Source: Acidimicrobiales bacterium
Lineage (GTDB): Bacteria > Actinomycetota > Acidimicrobiia > Acidimicrobiales > SZUA-35
Reading direction: 5' to 3'
DNA: 64,000 nucleotides
NCBI GenBank assembly: GCA_020629155.1
Contig: JAHDDW010000011.1
Coordinates: forward strand, 19,412-83,411
The notes beneath the pieces were generated by a model. It worked only from the letters and a program-made list of their open reading frames with translations. It did no database searches and was not told where the DNA came from. Shown here one piece after another: positions 18,927-27,779 of this stretch; position 1 is the first letter of the stretch, and every line of letters starts with the position of its first letter. A program made the position numbers and the translations under genes.

Positions 18927-20237
18927 CTAGTCTAAAGGTTTAAAGTACTTTTCGCTTACGCCTTCGGGAAGCGGGTTTACCCCACTATCTTTCACGTTCT
19001 GCCCTAGGTCTTCGTGTACAGGCGCCAGCACAACATCGCTACCTGTCTGGCCAAATGTACAGGACATGCCAGAACTAATACACTTTTCACCGACAAATTC
19101 AGCAACATCTTTATTCCACCCACCCCACCAGTCGCTGTGGAGAGAACTGCCAGGTTTATCGCCTGCATGGTCTGAAGATAAATACCAACCATCGGTGTTT
19201 TGTGCGTCTTCAAAATAAAGGAGCACACTCACTTGCGGAATATGGACACGATGACTCGCAGGACATGTATAGTTCTCCATCCATGCCAGATGACTAGTGA
19301 AATCAGATGATGCAAGATTTTCTCCATCCCAACAATTTGGGAACTGGATCGTAGCGTTTAACGTCCCACCTGCGCAATCGTGTATCTGATCTTGCTTTGG
19401 CGAATTCTGGGCCTCACCACTAACGCCGCACGCCCAGTAAAGCCGATCACTTGGCTCGAATGAGCCACCACCTTGAGGGTTGCCTGCAATCATCTGCAAA
19501 CCCTGAGGAATAACATCAACAATATCAGGATTATGACTTTTGTAGTACACAATAATTGACGCTGGATTTATATAGTTGCCTTTACCATCTAGCATCGTTG
19601 GCACCACATATGCTGTACGATTCAGCTCAAAACCGTTGCAAGTACCTCCACCTTTGTTAGTCAAACTAGTAGGGTCAGACGGATCATACTTTGTGAATGC
19701 GTCGACATTGTTATTACCAAAATAGGAATGCAGGTGCGACGCTCCAGGCTTTCCAGGAAGCACTAGAGGGTCATCCTCATTCATGTGAGAAATCTCACAC
19801 GCCACACGAAATTGACCTTCACTTTTTCCATTCGACATAGGGTGGCCTTTACCGCCAAACCCTAGACCTTCGAAAAAAGGCGTCTTAATAAAAAAGTCGT
19901 CAAGAGGAATGGTCTTGCCTGGACTCTCCAAACTGAGTTCAGACTCAGGTGTGTCAAAATCCTGCATATATCGTTCATTTTCATTACGAATAAGATATGC
20001 AGCATCGCCTGTGGCCACAGGCGCAACTGTTGTTTGTGTCGCTGTTGTTTGCGGTTCTGCTTGCGTTAGCGATGGTTGCGTTACTACGTCTGTTACCGCT
20101 TCTAGCGGGATCGTTGTCACAGCGGCAGTTCTAGTTGAAGAGCTTCTCTGCGTGATGGATGCGACAATTGCCACCATCGCAGCGACAAGACATATTGCAG
20201 CACCAGCTAGCAGTATTTTTTTCTGCTGTTTCCCCAT
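18927..20237 (-). CDS. Membrane-anchored secreted DUF1996-like protein
   Basis: N-terminal TM ILLAGAAICLVAAMVAIV and a Thr-rich linker. The core FRVACEISHMNEDDPLVLPGKPGASHLHSYFGN matches my recollection of the DUF1996 signature. Confidence 0.6.
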   Translation of the reverse strand: MGKQQKKILLAGAAICLVAAMVAIVASITQRSSSTRTAAVTTIPLEAVTDVVTQPSLTQAEPQTTATQTTVAPVATGDAAYLIRNENERYMQDFDTPESELSLESPGKTIPLDDFFIKTPFFEGLGFGGKGHPMSNGKSEGQFRVACEISHMNEDDPLVLPGKPGASHLHSYFGNNNVDAFTKYDPSDPTSLTNKGGGTCNGFELNRTAYVVPTMLDGKGNYINPASIIVYYKSHNPDIVDVIPQGLQMIAGNPQGGGSFEPSDRLYWACGVSGEAQNSPKQDQIHDCAGGTLNATIQFPNCWDGENLASSDFTSHLAWMENYTCPASHRVHIPQVSVLLYFEDAQNTDGWYLSSDHAGDKPGSSLHSDWWGGWNKDVAEFVGEKCISSGMSCTFGQTGSDVVLAPVHEDLGQNVKDSGVNPLPEGVSEKYFKPLD

Positions 20238-20315
20238 ATAAACCCACCGAATCGATCCTGAAACTCCAATGGTATAGGAAAGCTACAAGACTTCGAACCT
20301 AAGGTAGCTGGCATT

Positions 20316-21251
20316 CTATTTTGATGGTGTTTCTCTTCGTTTGGCAGCCAGATTGATTTGACGGCGACGTTCTTGCAAGCTTTGTTTTTTGTCTTCACTT
20401 AAGGTGAAATGACAATGATGGCAGCTCACATGCGCTTCATAGAGCGGCGATTTTTGATCTTCTGGAGATAACGGCATGCCGCACCCTCGGCAACATATGT
20501 GATTGCCTGGCGCAAGATCATGGGTGACAGTCACACGATCATCGAAGATATAGCATTCACCTTGCCACGTGCTCTCTGCTGGTTCTACATTTTCTAGATA
20601 ATTGATGATGCCACCTTCAAGATGGTACACATCTTCGAAACCCTTCTCAAGAAGATACGACGTGGCTTTTTCGCAACGTATCCCGCCAGTGCAAAACATC
20701 GCCACTTTTTTCGGCTTCTTCTCAGCAAGGTTTTCTTCAACATAGGCAGGAAAATCACGGAAATTTGCGGTCTGCGGATTAACAGCGCCTTCAAAGGTGC
20801 CAAGTGAATATTCATAGTCGTTTCGGGTGTCAACAAGCAGCACATCGGGGTCGGCGATCAAGGCGTTCCAATCGGCCGGTTTAATATAGGTGCCGACTTT
20901 CTCGGTTGGGTCAACCCCTTCAATCCCCATGGTCACAATCTCATCTTTAAGGCGCACTTTCATACGCTGAAACGGCATTTCAGACGCAGACGACCACTTC
21001 ACGAATAAATCAGCAAAACGAACATCGTTGCACAGCGAGTCAACAACATTTTGCACCGCTGCCTTTTCGCCTGCAATCGTTGCGTTCAAGCCTTCACTTG
21101 CCAACAAAATAGTGCCCTTAACGCTATTGTCCACGCAACATTTTTTTAAAGGCTCTGCCATCGCCTCAAAATCTGGCAAGTCAACAAAAAGATAGAATGT
21201 CGCCACAGCATAGGTCATAGTTTCAGGGTACAGAAAACCTGCCTTCACCAA
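20316..21251 (-). CDS. trhO: Rhodanese-domain tRNA U34 hydroxylase TrhO (YceA/UPF0176)
   Basis: N-terminal UPF0176 fold, rhodanese loop CTGGIRCEKA and a C-terminal Cys cluster CRGCGMP...CHHCH. The internal ATG at 21218 (MTYAVATFY) is a likely true start. Confidence 0.8.
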   Translation of the reverse strand: MVKAGFLYPETMTYAVATFYLFVDLPDFEAMAEPLKKCCVDNSVKGTILLASEGLNATIAGEKAAVQNVVDSLCNDVRFADLFVKWSSASEMPFQRMKVRLKDEIVTMGIEGVDPTEKVGTYIKPADWNALIADPDVLLVDTRNDYEYSLGTFEGAVNPQTANFRDFPAYVEENLAEKKPKKVAMFCTGGIRCEKATSYLLEKGFEDVYHLEGGIINYLENVEPAESTWQGECYIFDDRVTVTHDLAPGNHICCRGCGMPLSPEDQKSPLYEAHVSCHHCHFTLSEDKKQSLQERRRQINLAAKRRETPSK

Positions 21252-21342
21252 ACGCCACCATCGCTTTCGATGGCATCATTATGCTTTCGCTGCTGCCAAT
21301 CAATTGACAGCTACGCAGCATTCCCCCTGATAGCATAGGCGT

Positions 21343-22920
21343 ATGACTGCGCTGCAACCGCTCCCAACAGCTATTTCTTCTTTCAGTAAGTTACGCAAAA
21401 ATGGGTTCGTCTACATCGACAAGACAGATCAAATATATGATCTAGTTAAACACCCTGGCGCATACTTTTTAGCAAGACCCCGCAGGTTTGGCAAAAGTCT
21501 ACTCCTTTCAACTTTTGAGGAAATCTTTAAAGGAAACGAAGAACTATTTTCTGGTTTAGCAATCGAGACACGAGGCTATCAATGGCAGAGTTTCCCAGTT
21601 ATTCGTATAGATTTTAACCTTATCCCCGTGCGAAGCGCCGACGAACTTGACGCAGCGCTCAAAAAAACTGTTAACAAAATAGCTGAGGCACACGGACTGC
21701 ACCTCGACGATGGACCTTCGCATGCTTTATTCAGAGACCTGATTCTTACCTTAGGTGACGGAACAAGCAACGTTGTCGTTCTCATAGACGAATACGACAA
21801 ACCGATAATTGACAACCTCACACAAATCAGTGAAGCAAAAAAAATCAGAGACACGTTGAAGACATTTTATACGATGCTTAAAGCCACCGATGAACATATA
21901 CGGTTTGCCTTTCTGACTGGTGTCAGCCGATTTACCAAAGCAGGGATCTTTTCTGATATCAATCATCTCAACGACCTGACGCTAGAGAAGTCAGCTGCAA
22001 CCCTTTGCGGCATAACCGACCAGGAACTCGCAGGTCAGCTTCACCAATACTTCATTTCTTTCGGTGAACAAAATTCTTTATCGACGCAACAAGCAACACA
22101 GCAATTTAAGCGATGGTATAACGGATTTAGTTTTTCATCCCAAGGAACAAGCGTCTATAACCCTTTCTCAGCGATGCATGCTCTTGCGAACAAACGATTC
22201 GGTAATTACTGGTTCATGACAGGCACCCCCACATTCTTGTTACGACTTCTTAAAGAAAGCAACTATGCAATTAATTCATTAGATAACTTGCAGGTTAATG
22301 AGATAGCGTTCGCTAGCTACGATCTAGAAAATCTTCCAGTCGTCCCGTTGCTCTTCCAAACAGGCTACCTGACAATAAAAGACTACGACAGCGCCAGCCA
22401 AATCTATACGCTTGATTACCCCAACTATGAGGTCGAACATGCTTTTCTCGCTCATCTGCTTGACCACTTTGCGAACAACGACCAAGGGCTCAGTTTAACC
22501 CATCTTGAAAAACTCAAATCCTCTTTACGGCTCAACGACCTTCCAACATTCTTTGAGAACTTACAAATTCTGCTTGCCAACATTGAATACGATCTTCAGC
22601 TTAACTACGAGAAATACTATCAGTCAGTTTTTTACTTACTATTCAAACTTATTGGCCTCCACATCGAAGGCGAAGTACGCACGAACAACGGCCGCATTGA
22701 TGCTGTCGTAAAAGTTGAAGACAGGATTTACATTTTCGAATTCAAGATTAATGCACCTGCCCAAACAGCTCTTGAGCAGATCAAAGATAAAAAGTACGCT
22801 CAGAAATATATGGGCGACAGGAAACAAATTATCTGTGTCGGTGTTTCTTTCAGCACACTAGAGCGCCAAGTAGCTGAATGGAAATCGTTACCCCTCGACT
22901 TGCAAGACGATACTGCTTAG
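21343..22920 (+). CDS. AAA-ATPase-like domain protein with C-terminal PD-(D/E)xK nuclease-like domain (PF09820 + PF08011-type architecture)
   Basis: The N-terminus ISSFSKLRKNGFVYIDKTDQIYDLV...YFLARPRRFGKSLLLSTFEEIF is typical of the predicted AAA-ATPase family. The C-terminal GRIDAVVKVEDRIYIFEFK is a D...E-x-K core. Confidence 0.7.
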   Translation: MTALQPLPTAISSFSKLRKNGFVYIDKTDQIYDLVKHPGAYFLARPRRFGKSLLLSTFEEIFKGNEELFSGLAIETRGYQWQSFPVIRIDFNLIPVRSADELDAALKKTVNKIAEAHGLHLDDGPSHALFRDLILTLGDGTSNVVVLIDEYDKPIIDNLTQISEAKKIRDTLKTFYTMLKATDEHIRFAFLTGVSRFTKAGIFSDINHLNDLTLEKSAATLCGITDQELAGQLHQYFISFGEQNSLSTQQATQQFKRWYNGFSFSSQGTSVYNPFSAMHALANKRFGNYWFMTGTPTFLLRLLKESNYAINSLDNLQVNEIAFASYDLENLPVVPLLFQTGYLTIKDYDSASQIYTLDYPNYEVEHAFLAHLLDHFANNDQGLSLTHLEKLKSSLRLNDLPTFFENLQILLANIEYDLQLNYEKYYQSVFYLLFKLIGLHIEGEVRTNNGRIDAVVKVEDRIYIFEFKINAPAQTALEQIKDKKYAQKYMGDRKQIICVGVSFSTLERQVAEWKSLPLDLQDDTA

Positions 22921-22988
22921 TAAATATCGGATTATCCATGGCTATGATTTCTCTCAAACTTGCAAACGATGACTAGGCGCTAGTAAAC

Positions 22989-23333
22989 TTGTTAGCAACA
23001 AATGATATGCCTATCGTAGAGCCACCTAGCTTCGCAGCTTTTGGACTCATTCCATTTCAGATTAATGCTCACTTCATGGAAGATGACTTTTTCGAAGGGC
23101 ATATGGGTGAGACTCGACGAGAGAGACTCCAAGAGTTTCTTGAAGAAAACACTGGCCCAGTTCTAGCAATTCGAGAAGGAGCATGGCTTACTGGCAGTGT
23201 CGCCACCGGCGAACTGGTTCTTGGTGGAGAAAACGGCGCCTTGCTTTTCGAAACCGTCGATGGAACCCTCAGCGAGTCTGAGTTGCCGACTGGCTCAGAT
23301 CTTTCAAAGCTACTTATCGCTAGAATAGACTGA
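22989..23333 (+). pseudogene. pepE: 3' fragment of dipeptidase E (peptidase S51, PepE)
   Basis: ATNDMPIVEPPSFAAFGLIPFQINAHF...GHMGETRRERLQEFL parallels E. coli PepE residues ~130-229 ([27 protein letters not shown]...GETREQRIRELL). The roughly 125 N-terminal codons, including the Ser nucleophile segment, have no intact coding space. An in-frame TAG lies at 22974-22976. Confidence 0.7.
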
Positions 23334-23390
23334 TAGTCGCAAGCAAGAAACTTCAATAAATCACGCCATAATTTTTACCTATACGACTTC

Positions 23391-23852
23391 TTAGAGTATT
23401 TCATTTACAAAAAATGATCCTATTTTTTGGCTATTATTCTTTTCATGAAATGTATCTACCCCTGCATAGTCTGGATTCAATTCTTCTGAAGCTGAATTGA
23501 AGTAGATTCTCTGCAAACCAAGCTCTTTTGCTTTATCACGACAAGCCTCAAACAGTTTCGAACCAATTCCTTGCCGACGATACTTTTCATGCACAATAAT
23601 CGAGTGTATCCATAAACTTTGGCCAGAGAAAATAAAGGGAATAGAGCGAAACAAGATAGCGCCAACAACAGTCTGTCCGTGTTTTGCAAAGAGGCAGAAA
23701 AAATTTTGATCTTCCAAGGCTTCAGAAAGCTCCTGGAAATATTCTGCTCTAGTCAAACCGTCGTTGAAGTAGCCTGCATATAGACTTTTGATGACATCAA
23801 ATCCTTCGGATATTTCATTACCTTGGGGCTCATACAGACGAACAATAATCAT
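23391..23852 (-). CDS. GNAT family N-acetyltransferase
   Basis: Acetyl-CoA motif HEKYRRQGIGSKLFEACRDKAKELG. Confidence 0.8.
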   Translation of the reverse strand: MIIVRLYEPQGNEISEGFDVIKSLYAGYFNDGLTRAEYFQELSEALEDQNFFCLFAKHGQTVVGAILFRSIPFIFSGQSLWIHSIIVHEKYRRQGIGSKLFEACRDKAKELGLQRIYFNSASEELNPDYAGVDTFHEKNNSQKIGSFFVNEIL

Positions 23853-23861
23853 ATTTCCCTT

Positions 23862-24260
23862 TCAACCAGTTGCGATCACAAATGCTTGAGCCATTGTTTT
23901 TGTGTGGCTTAGCGAAAGTTGCCATTGCGTAATGTTGCGTGCTTCGGCTGCTTTTTGTGCCGAGCCAGACAGCTGCAAAAATGGCTGGCCCGTTGTTTCA
24001 TTTCGGTGCACTTCGATGTCGGCTAATGCCGCACCGCCAAGGCCAAGGCCCATCGCTTTCAACACCGCTTCTTTCGCAGCAAATCTCACCGCGAAACGCT
24101 CCGCTGGAGATGTCGCAGCCAGCGCATACGTTTGCTCCGCTTCGCTGAAAACTCTGTGCACAAACCGTGGCGTGCGAGCAATCGCCACCGCTATGCGATC
24201 TATCTCTACCAGATCAGTGCCAATGCCAATAATTGCTTGCCCCGAAGCGGCTACTCCCAA
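23862..24260 (-). CDS. acpS: Holo-[acyl-carrier-protein] synthase
   Basis: IIGIGTDLVEIDRI...FAAKEAVLKAMG. The start overlaps the upstream GlmS-like stop by 10 nt. Confidence 0.85.
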   Translation of the reverse strand: MGVAASGQAIIGIGTDLVEIDRIAVAIARTPRFVHRVFSEAEQTYALAATSPAERFAVRFAAKEAVLKAMGLGLGGAALADIEVHRNETTGQPFLQLSGSAQKAAEARNITQWQLSLSHTKTMAQAFVIATG

Positions 24261-27200
24261 TGAGCTGCCACTTCAGAAATCGGCGCAGTCAACAAGTCAA
24301 CCGTTGACACATTCGCAAGCAGATCTTCTCTAAACGTTGGCGACTTCTCGGTCACAACATCAAGCAGCTGACGATACCGATTACGATACCCTTGCAGCAC
24401 ACTGCGAGCAGCCGACGCCGACAGGTTTTCTTCCAAAGAAAGATGACACAACGTCAAACCAGTTGTTTCTTTATCTTTCACCTCTGGAATAATCAGCACA
24501 ACTCGGCCGTCAGTGCCAACCGTCACGATTGGCATTCTCTCAACCGCAACTCTATGTTTCGTACCACGAAGCGTTGGGTCTTTCTCGACACGAGAAGATA
24601 ACCCAGCAGCGACACCGCTCTTATCAACAACGAACAGCTGCGCTGACTCTTTCACATCGCCTTCAAGACGATATCTTGTGTAGCCGTTAACAGAGATAAC
24701 CGCAGGCGCAACCGCAGCCAACGTGCGCAGCGATCGATAGCTGAGACGATCACGAGGGCAACCCGTCTCTAACACAGCACGTGTTAGATCAGACTGCAAC
24801 AAACTTTCGTCAGCACGGCTAATACCAACAGTCACCGTTTTCGCTTGATGCTTAATAGCGTCGATAGGTCTTGTCAACTCCTCAATCGCCGCTGTTAACG
24901 CCATCGCTAAATCTTCGACCACCACACCAGGTGTGCCGACTTTGCCGAACTCGACCTGATAGGATTCAAGCTGAATCACCCGTGTGGCATAACGCAACAA
25001 CGCAGCGGCCTTATATGCCGTGGCTGCTTCAAGATGGCCGTTATAAGACCCCGCACGCAACAGATCAAAGAACTGCGCGGCAAACGGTTTCACCTCGGCA
25101 GCGAAATCTTTAAACCAGGCACTTCCTTCGGACCCAACATAATTTTCGATCGACCCTCTCGCTTCCCGCAACGGCCTAGCTGACGCGTCAATAGCAAGCG
25201 CAGCTTCATAGCCAAACAAATGACCAACCATTGTCGATAAGATAAACGCCAGCGACTCATGCGCCTGCGGAACAGCTATCACATCTAGCGCCGCAGAGAA
25301 CCTATTTTCACCTTCGGTTGCGATCACAATCGGCGCTGATTTATGCGCTTTAAATATGGCAACTTCTTTCGCAATATCGTCGGCATTTGAGCCAGTTAGC
25401 CCAGCCGCACAAACTAAGATAAGCGGCTCGGATGACAGGTCGATATGTTTTTTGTCTTCGGTAACGTCACACGCTATTGCCTTATAGCAAAGCTCTGAAA
25501 GTTTAATGCGAAGTTCTTTCGCAGCAATCGTATTTTTTCCGCTACCAACCATCGCCCAATAGCGGCGACTCAACGTATGCTTCTCGGCAGCTGCAGCTAT
25601 CGCAGGTCGAGTCTGCAATGTTTGACGAAGCGCCTCAGGCAAATCTCGCAACCCTTGCAACAGCTCTTGACGACCGTCATAGGTTCCAGCTACTTTCATA
25701 GCGATTGCATCAGCCAGCAAAAACCCTGCGGCTATCTGCGAATAAAACGCTTTGGTTGATGCAACACTCATTTCGACGTCACGGCCATCAGAGGTATAGA
25801 GCACGCCATCTGATTTATCGACAAGGTCTGACCCTCGACGGTTCACGATCGCAACCACCACAGCACCACGAGCGCGTAGAATGTCAACGGTTCGGTTTGT
25901 ATCAGTTGTCGTGCCCGACTGGCTGACTGCAACAACGAACGTGTCAGACATGTCGTCACGCGTTCCGAACCCTGAAAGCTCGGTAGCAGTAATCGCACGC
26001 ACTGCGATATCTGCTGCTTTAGAATCAACAAGCACTTCAGCAATGCTCGCTGCAATTGCTTGCCCAGCAACCGCAGCTGTTCCCTGACCGATAACGTCGA
26101 TGCGTTTAATCCGACCGCTTTCGAGCGCTTCAACTACATCGTCTGAAAATGTTTCCGCTGGCAATGAAACGGTTAAACCTTCTTGACTTTCGACAAGGCG
26201 GCCACGCAACGTTTTTTCAAACGACTGCGGCGCTTCAGAAATTTCTTTCAGCAAGAAGTGTGGCGCGTCTCCTCGGTCAATGTCGCGAGTTGTGACCTCA
26301 GGGGTTTTCCACTCTTCTTCTGCCACCTCAAGGATCTGACCGTCATAGCTCAAACGGATCAAGCCGCTATGATCACCAGCGAAATCGCCAGTCAAACCAA
26401 TGATTTGGCCTTGGCTGCCCGTAGGGTTCGCCGCATCAGAGGGGGTTTCGCCGTCCATGCGCAGGTACCGCGTCGAATCTTCAACCACACCATAAGGTTC
26501 TGAGGCAACTACAAAAGCATCTTCAGCAAGACCGATGTAGACCCCTTGACCACTGCCTCGTAACGCCAGCATGATATCTCGTGGTGACGAAGCAGCGCTC
26601 ACCCCGATAGCAACCGAGCCTTCAAACTGGGAAACAGCGCTACGCATAGCATCTAACGGGTCAAGACCTTGGCCAAGCCCTCGACTCAGCATTGTCGGAA
26701 TGACTTTAGCGTCTGTTGTAATTTCATTCGGAATACAGAGCGAATGTGATGAAATTAAATCGGTAAAGTTATCGACATCGCCGTTTAGCACCGCTGTCAC
26801 ATAGGGGCCTTGCTTTGCGTCGGTTACTTCTTCGCTGTTGACAGGATGTGCATTTGGTTCACTGATAATACCAATCGAAGCCCAGCGAGTATGTGCTAAC
26901 ACAGTGGCTTGTGCAGATTCGATGTTGAGAACTTCCTGCAACAACGCATCTGATGCAATAGCACTACGCATAGCAGCGGTATTATCTCCAAGCTCACCGA
27001 TTTCTGACGCTGCTTTATAAACAAACCCTAGATTGCCATCTGAGATACGGACAGAACCGCTACCAAAAAGCGCATCTTTAGCGCGAGAAGCGACGACATC
27101 TTCATATTGCGTTGCGTCAACACCAGTAACAAGAATATGTATTCCAGCGCTATCTCGACCACGAACTTCAAGCCGATCAACATTGCTCAGTGTTTGCTGC

Positions 27201-27655
27201 AAACTGAAAAGCCACGGAATAGCAGATTCGTTACCTTGCAAGGCAACGCCTGCCAGTTCAGTTACTTCTTTCGCGGCACGAAGGCGGTCGCGTTCAATCG
27301 CCCATAGGCCATCTTTCACCTCAATTAGTGAAGCATTCATTGCTTCAAGATTGACTACCGCTGAACCTTCTTGTGCTAGCACGTCTTCAATCTTCTTCAC
27401 AGAGCTCTTAGCTGCTTCGACAGTTGCAACTATCCGCCCATGCAGCGTCTGATGGGATAACAAAGCTCTCAACCCTGCTTCGCCCCTCAGCAACAAATCG
27501 ACGCGACGCAAAATAGCGCTTGCTTGTTCAAGATTCTCAAGAGAAGCAGACTTTGCAAGCAATGCTGCGACCTCTTCAAGAGGTGCAACAATATCATCTA
27601 CGCTTGGAGCATTACGGGCACTACGACGTCTAACGACTGCAACAATTCCACACAT
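24251..27655 (-). CDS. GlmS-like glutamine amidotransferase / double-SIS sugar-phosphate isomerase, atypically long (1134 aa)
   Basis: Ntn Cys2 (MCGIV), then RLEVRGRDSAG, AHTRWASIGIISEPNAHP and HFLLKEISEAPQ. SIS motifs VSQSGTTTDT and VASTKAF are present, with a second SIS domain and a tail-like AKTVTVG at ~939-944, plus three large additions. It is located between glmM and acpS. Confidence 0.7.
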   Translation of the reverse strand: MCGIVAVVRRRSARNAPSVDDIVAPLEEVAALLAKSASLENLEQASAILRRVDLLLRGEAGLRALLSHQTLHGRIVATVEAAKSSVKKIEDVLAQEGSAVVNLEAMNASLIEVKDGLWAIERDRLRAAKEVTELAGVALQGNESAIPWLFSLQQTLSNVDRLEVRGRDSAGIHILVTGVDATQYEDVVASRAKDALFGSGSVRISDGNLGFVYKAASEIGELGDNTAAMRSAIASDALLQEVLNIESAQATVLAHTRWASIGIISEPNAHPVNSEEVTDAKQGPYVTAVLNGDVDNFTDLISSHSLCIPNEITTDAKVIPTMLSRGLGQGLDPLDAMRSAVSQFEGSVAIGVSAASSPRDIMLALRGSGQGVYIGLAEDAFVVASEPYGVVEDSTRYLRMDGETPSDAANPTGSQGQIIGLTGDFAGDHSGLIRLSYDGQILEVAEEEWKTPEVTTRDIDRGDAPHFLLKEISEAPQSFEKTLRGRLVESQEGLTVSLPAETFSDDVVEALESGRIKRIDVIGQGTAAVAGQAIAASIAEVLVDSKAADIAVRAITATELSGFGTRDDMSDTFVVAVSQSGTTTDTNRTVDILRARGAVVVAIVNRRGSDLVDKSDGVLYTSDGRDVEMSVASTKAFYSQIAAGFLLADAIAMKVAGTYDGRQELLQGLRDLPEALRQTLQTRPAIAAAAEKHTLSRRYWAMVGSGKNTIAAKELRIKLSELCYKAIACDVTEDKKHIDLSSEPLILVCAAGLTGSNADDIAKEVAIFKAHKSAPIVIATEGENRFSAALDVIAVPQAHESLAFILSTMVGHLFGYEAALAIDASARPLREARGSIENYVGSEGSAWFKDFAAEVKPFAAQFFDLLRAGSYNGHLEAATAYKAAALLRYATRVIQLESYQVEFGKVGTPGVVVEDLAMALTAAIEELTRPIDAIKHQAKTVTVGISRADESLLQSDLTRAVLETGCPRDRLSYRSLRTLAAVAPAVISVNGYTRYRLEGDVKESAQLFVVDKSGVAAGLSSRVEKDPTLRGTKHRVAVERMPIVTVGTDGRVVLIIPEVKDKETTGLTLCHLSLEENLSASAARSVLQGYRNRYRQLLDVVTEKSPTFREDLLANVSTVDLLTAPISEVAAHWE

Positions 27656-27779
27656 ATATCTATCCTACCAGCCTGAAGATCTGTAGAGATGTCGTTTGCT
27701 ATAGGCGATGACTTTTTATTTTACATCGCCTCTGCATCTCCGCTCCGCTTAGGGCGTTAGCACGCAGCTTTGATCAGTT

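Noticed and set aside
27756-27771. A 16-nt exact repeat GTTAGCACGCAGCTTT, also at 18895-18910, in both cases just downstream of a minus-strand stop codon
   Set aside because: For a 64-kb window, roughly 0.5 exact 16-mer pairs are expected by chance. The flanks do not align.
27656-27779. Looked for a glmS ribozyme upstream of the GlmS-like gene
   Set aside because: The leader is only 124 nt and I could not find the conserved ribozyme core. Only an 8-bp hairpin is present (AGGCGATG-N13-CATCGCCT on the minus strand).
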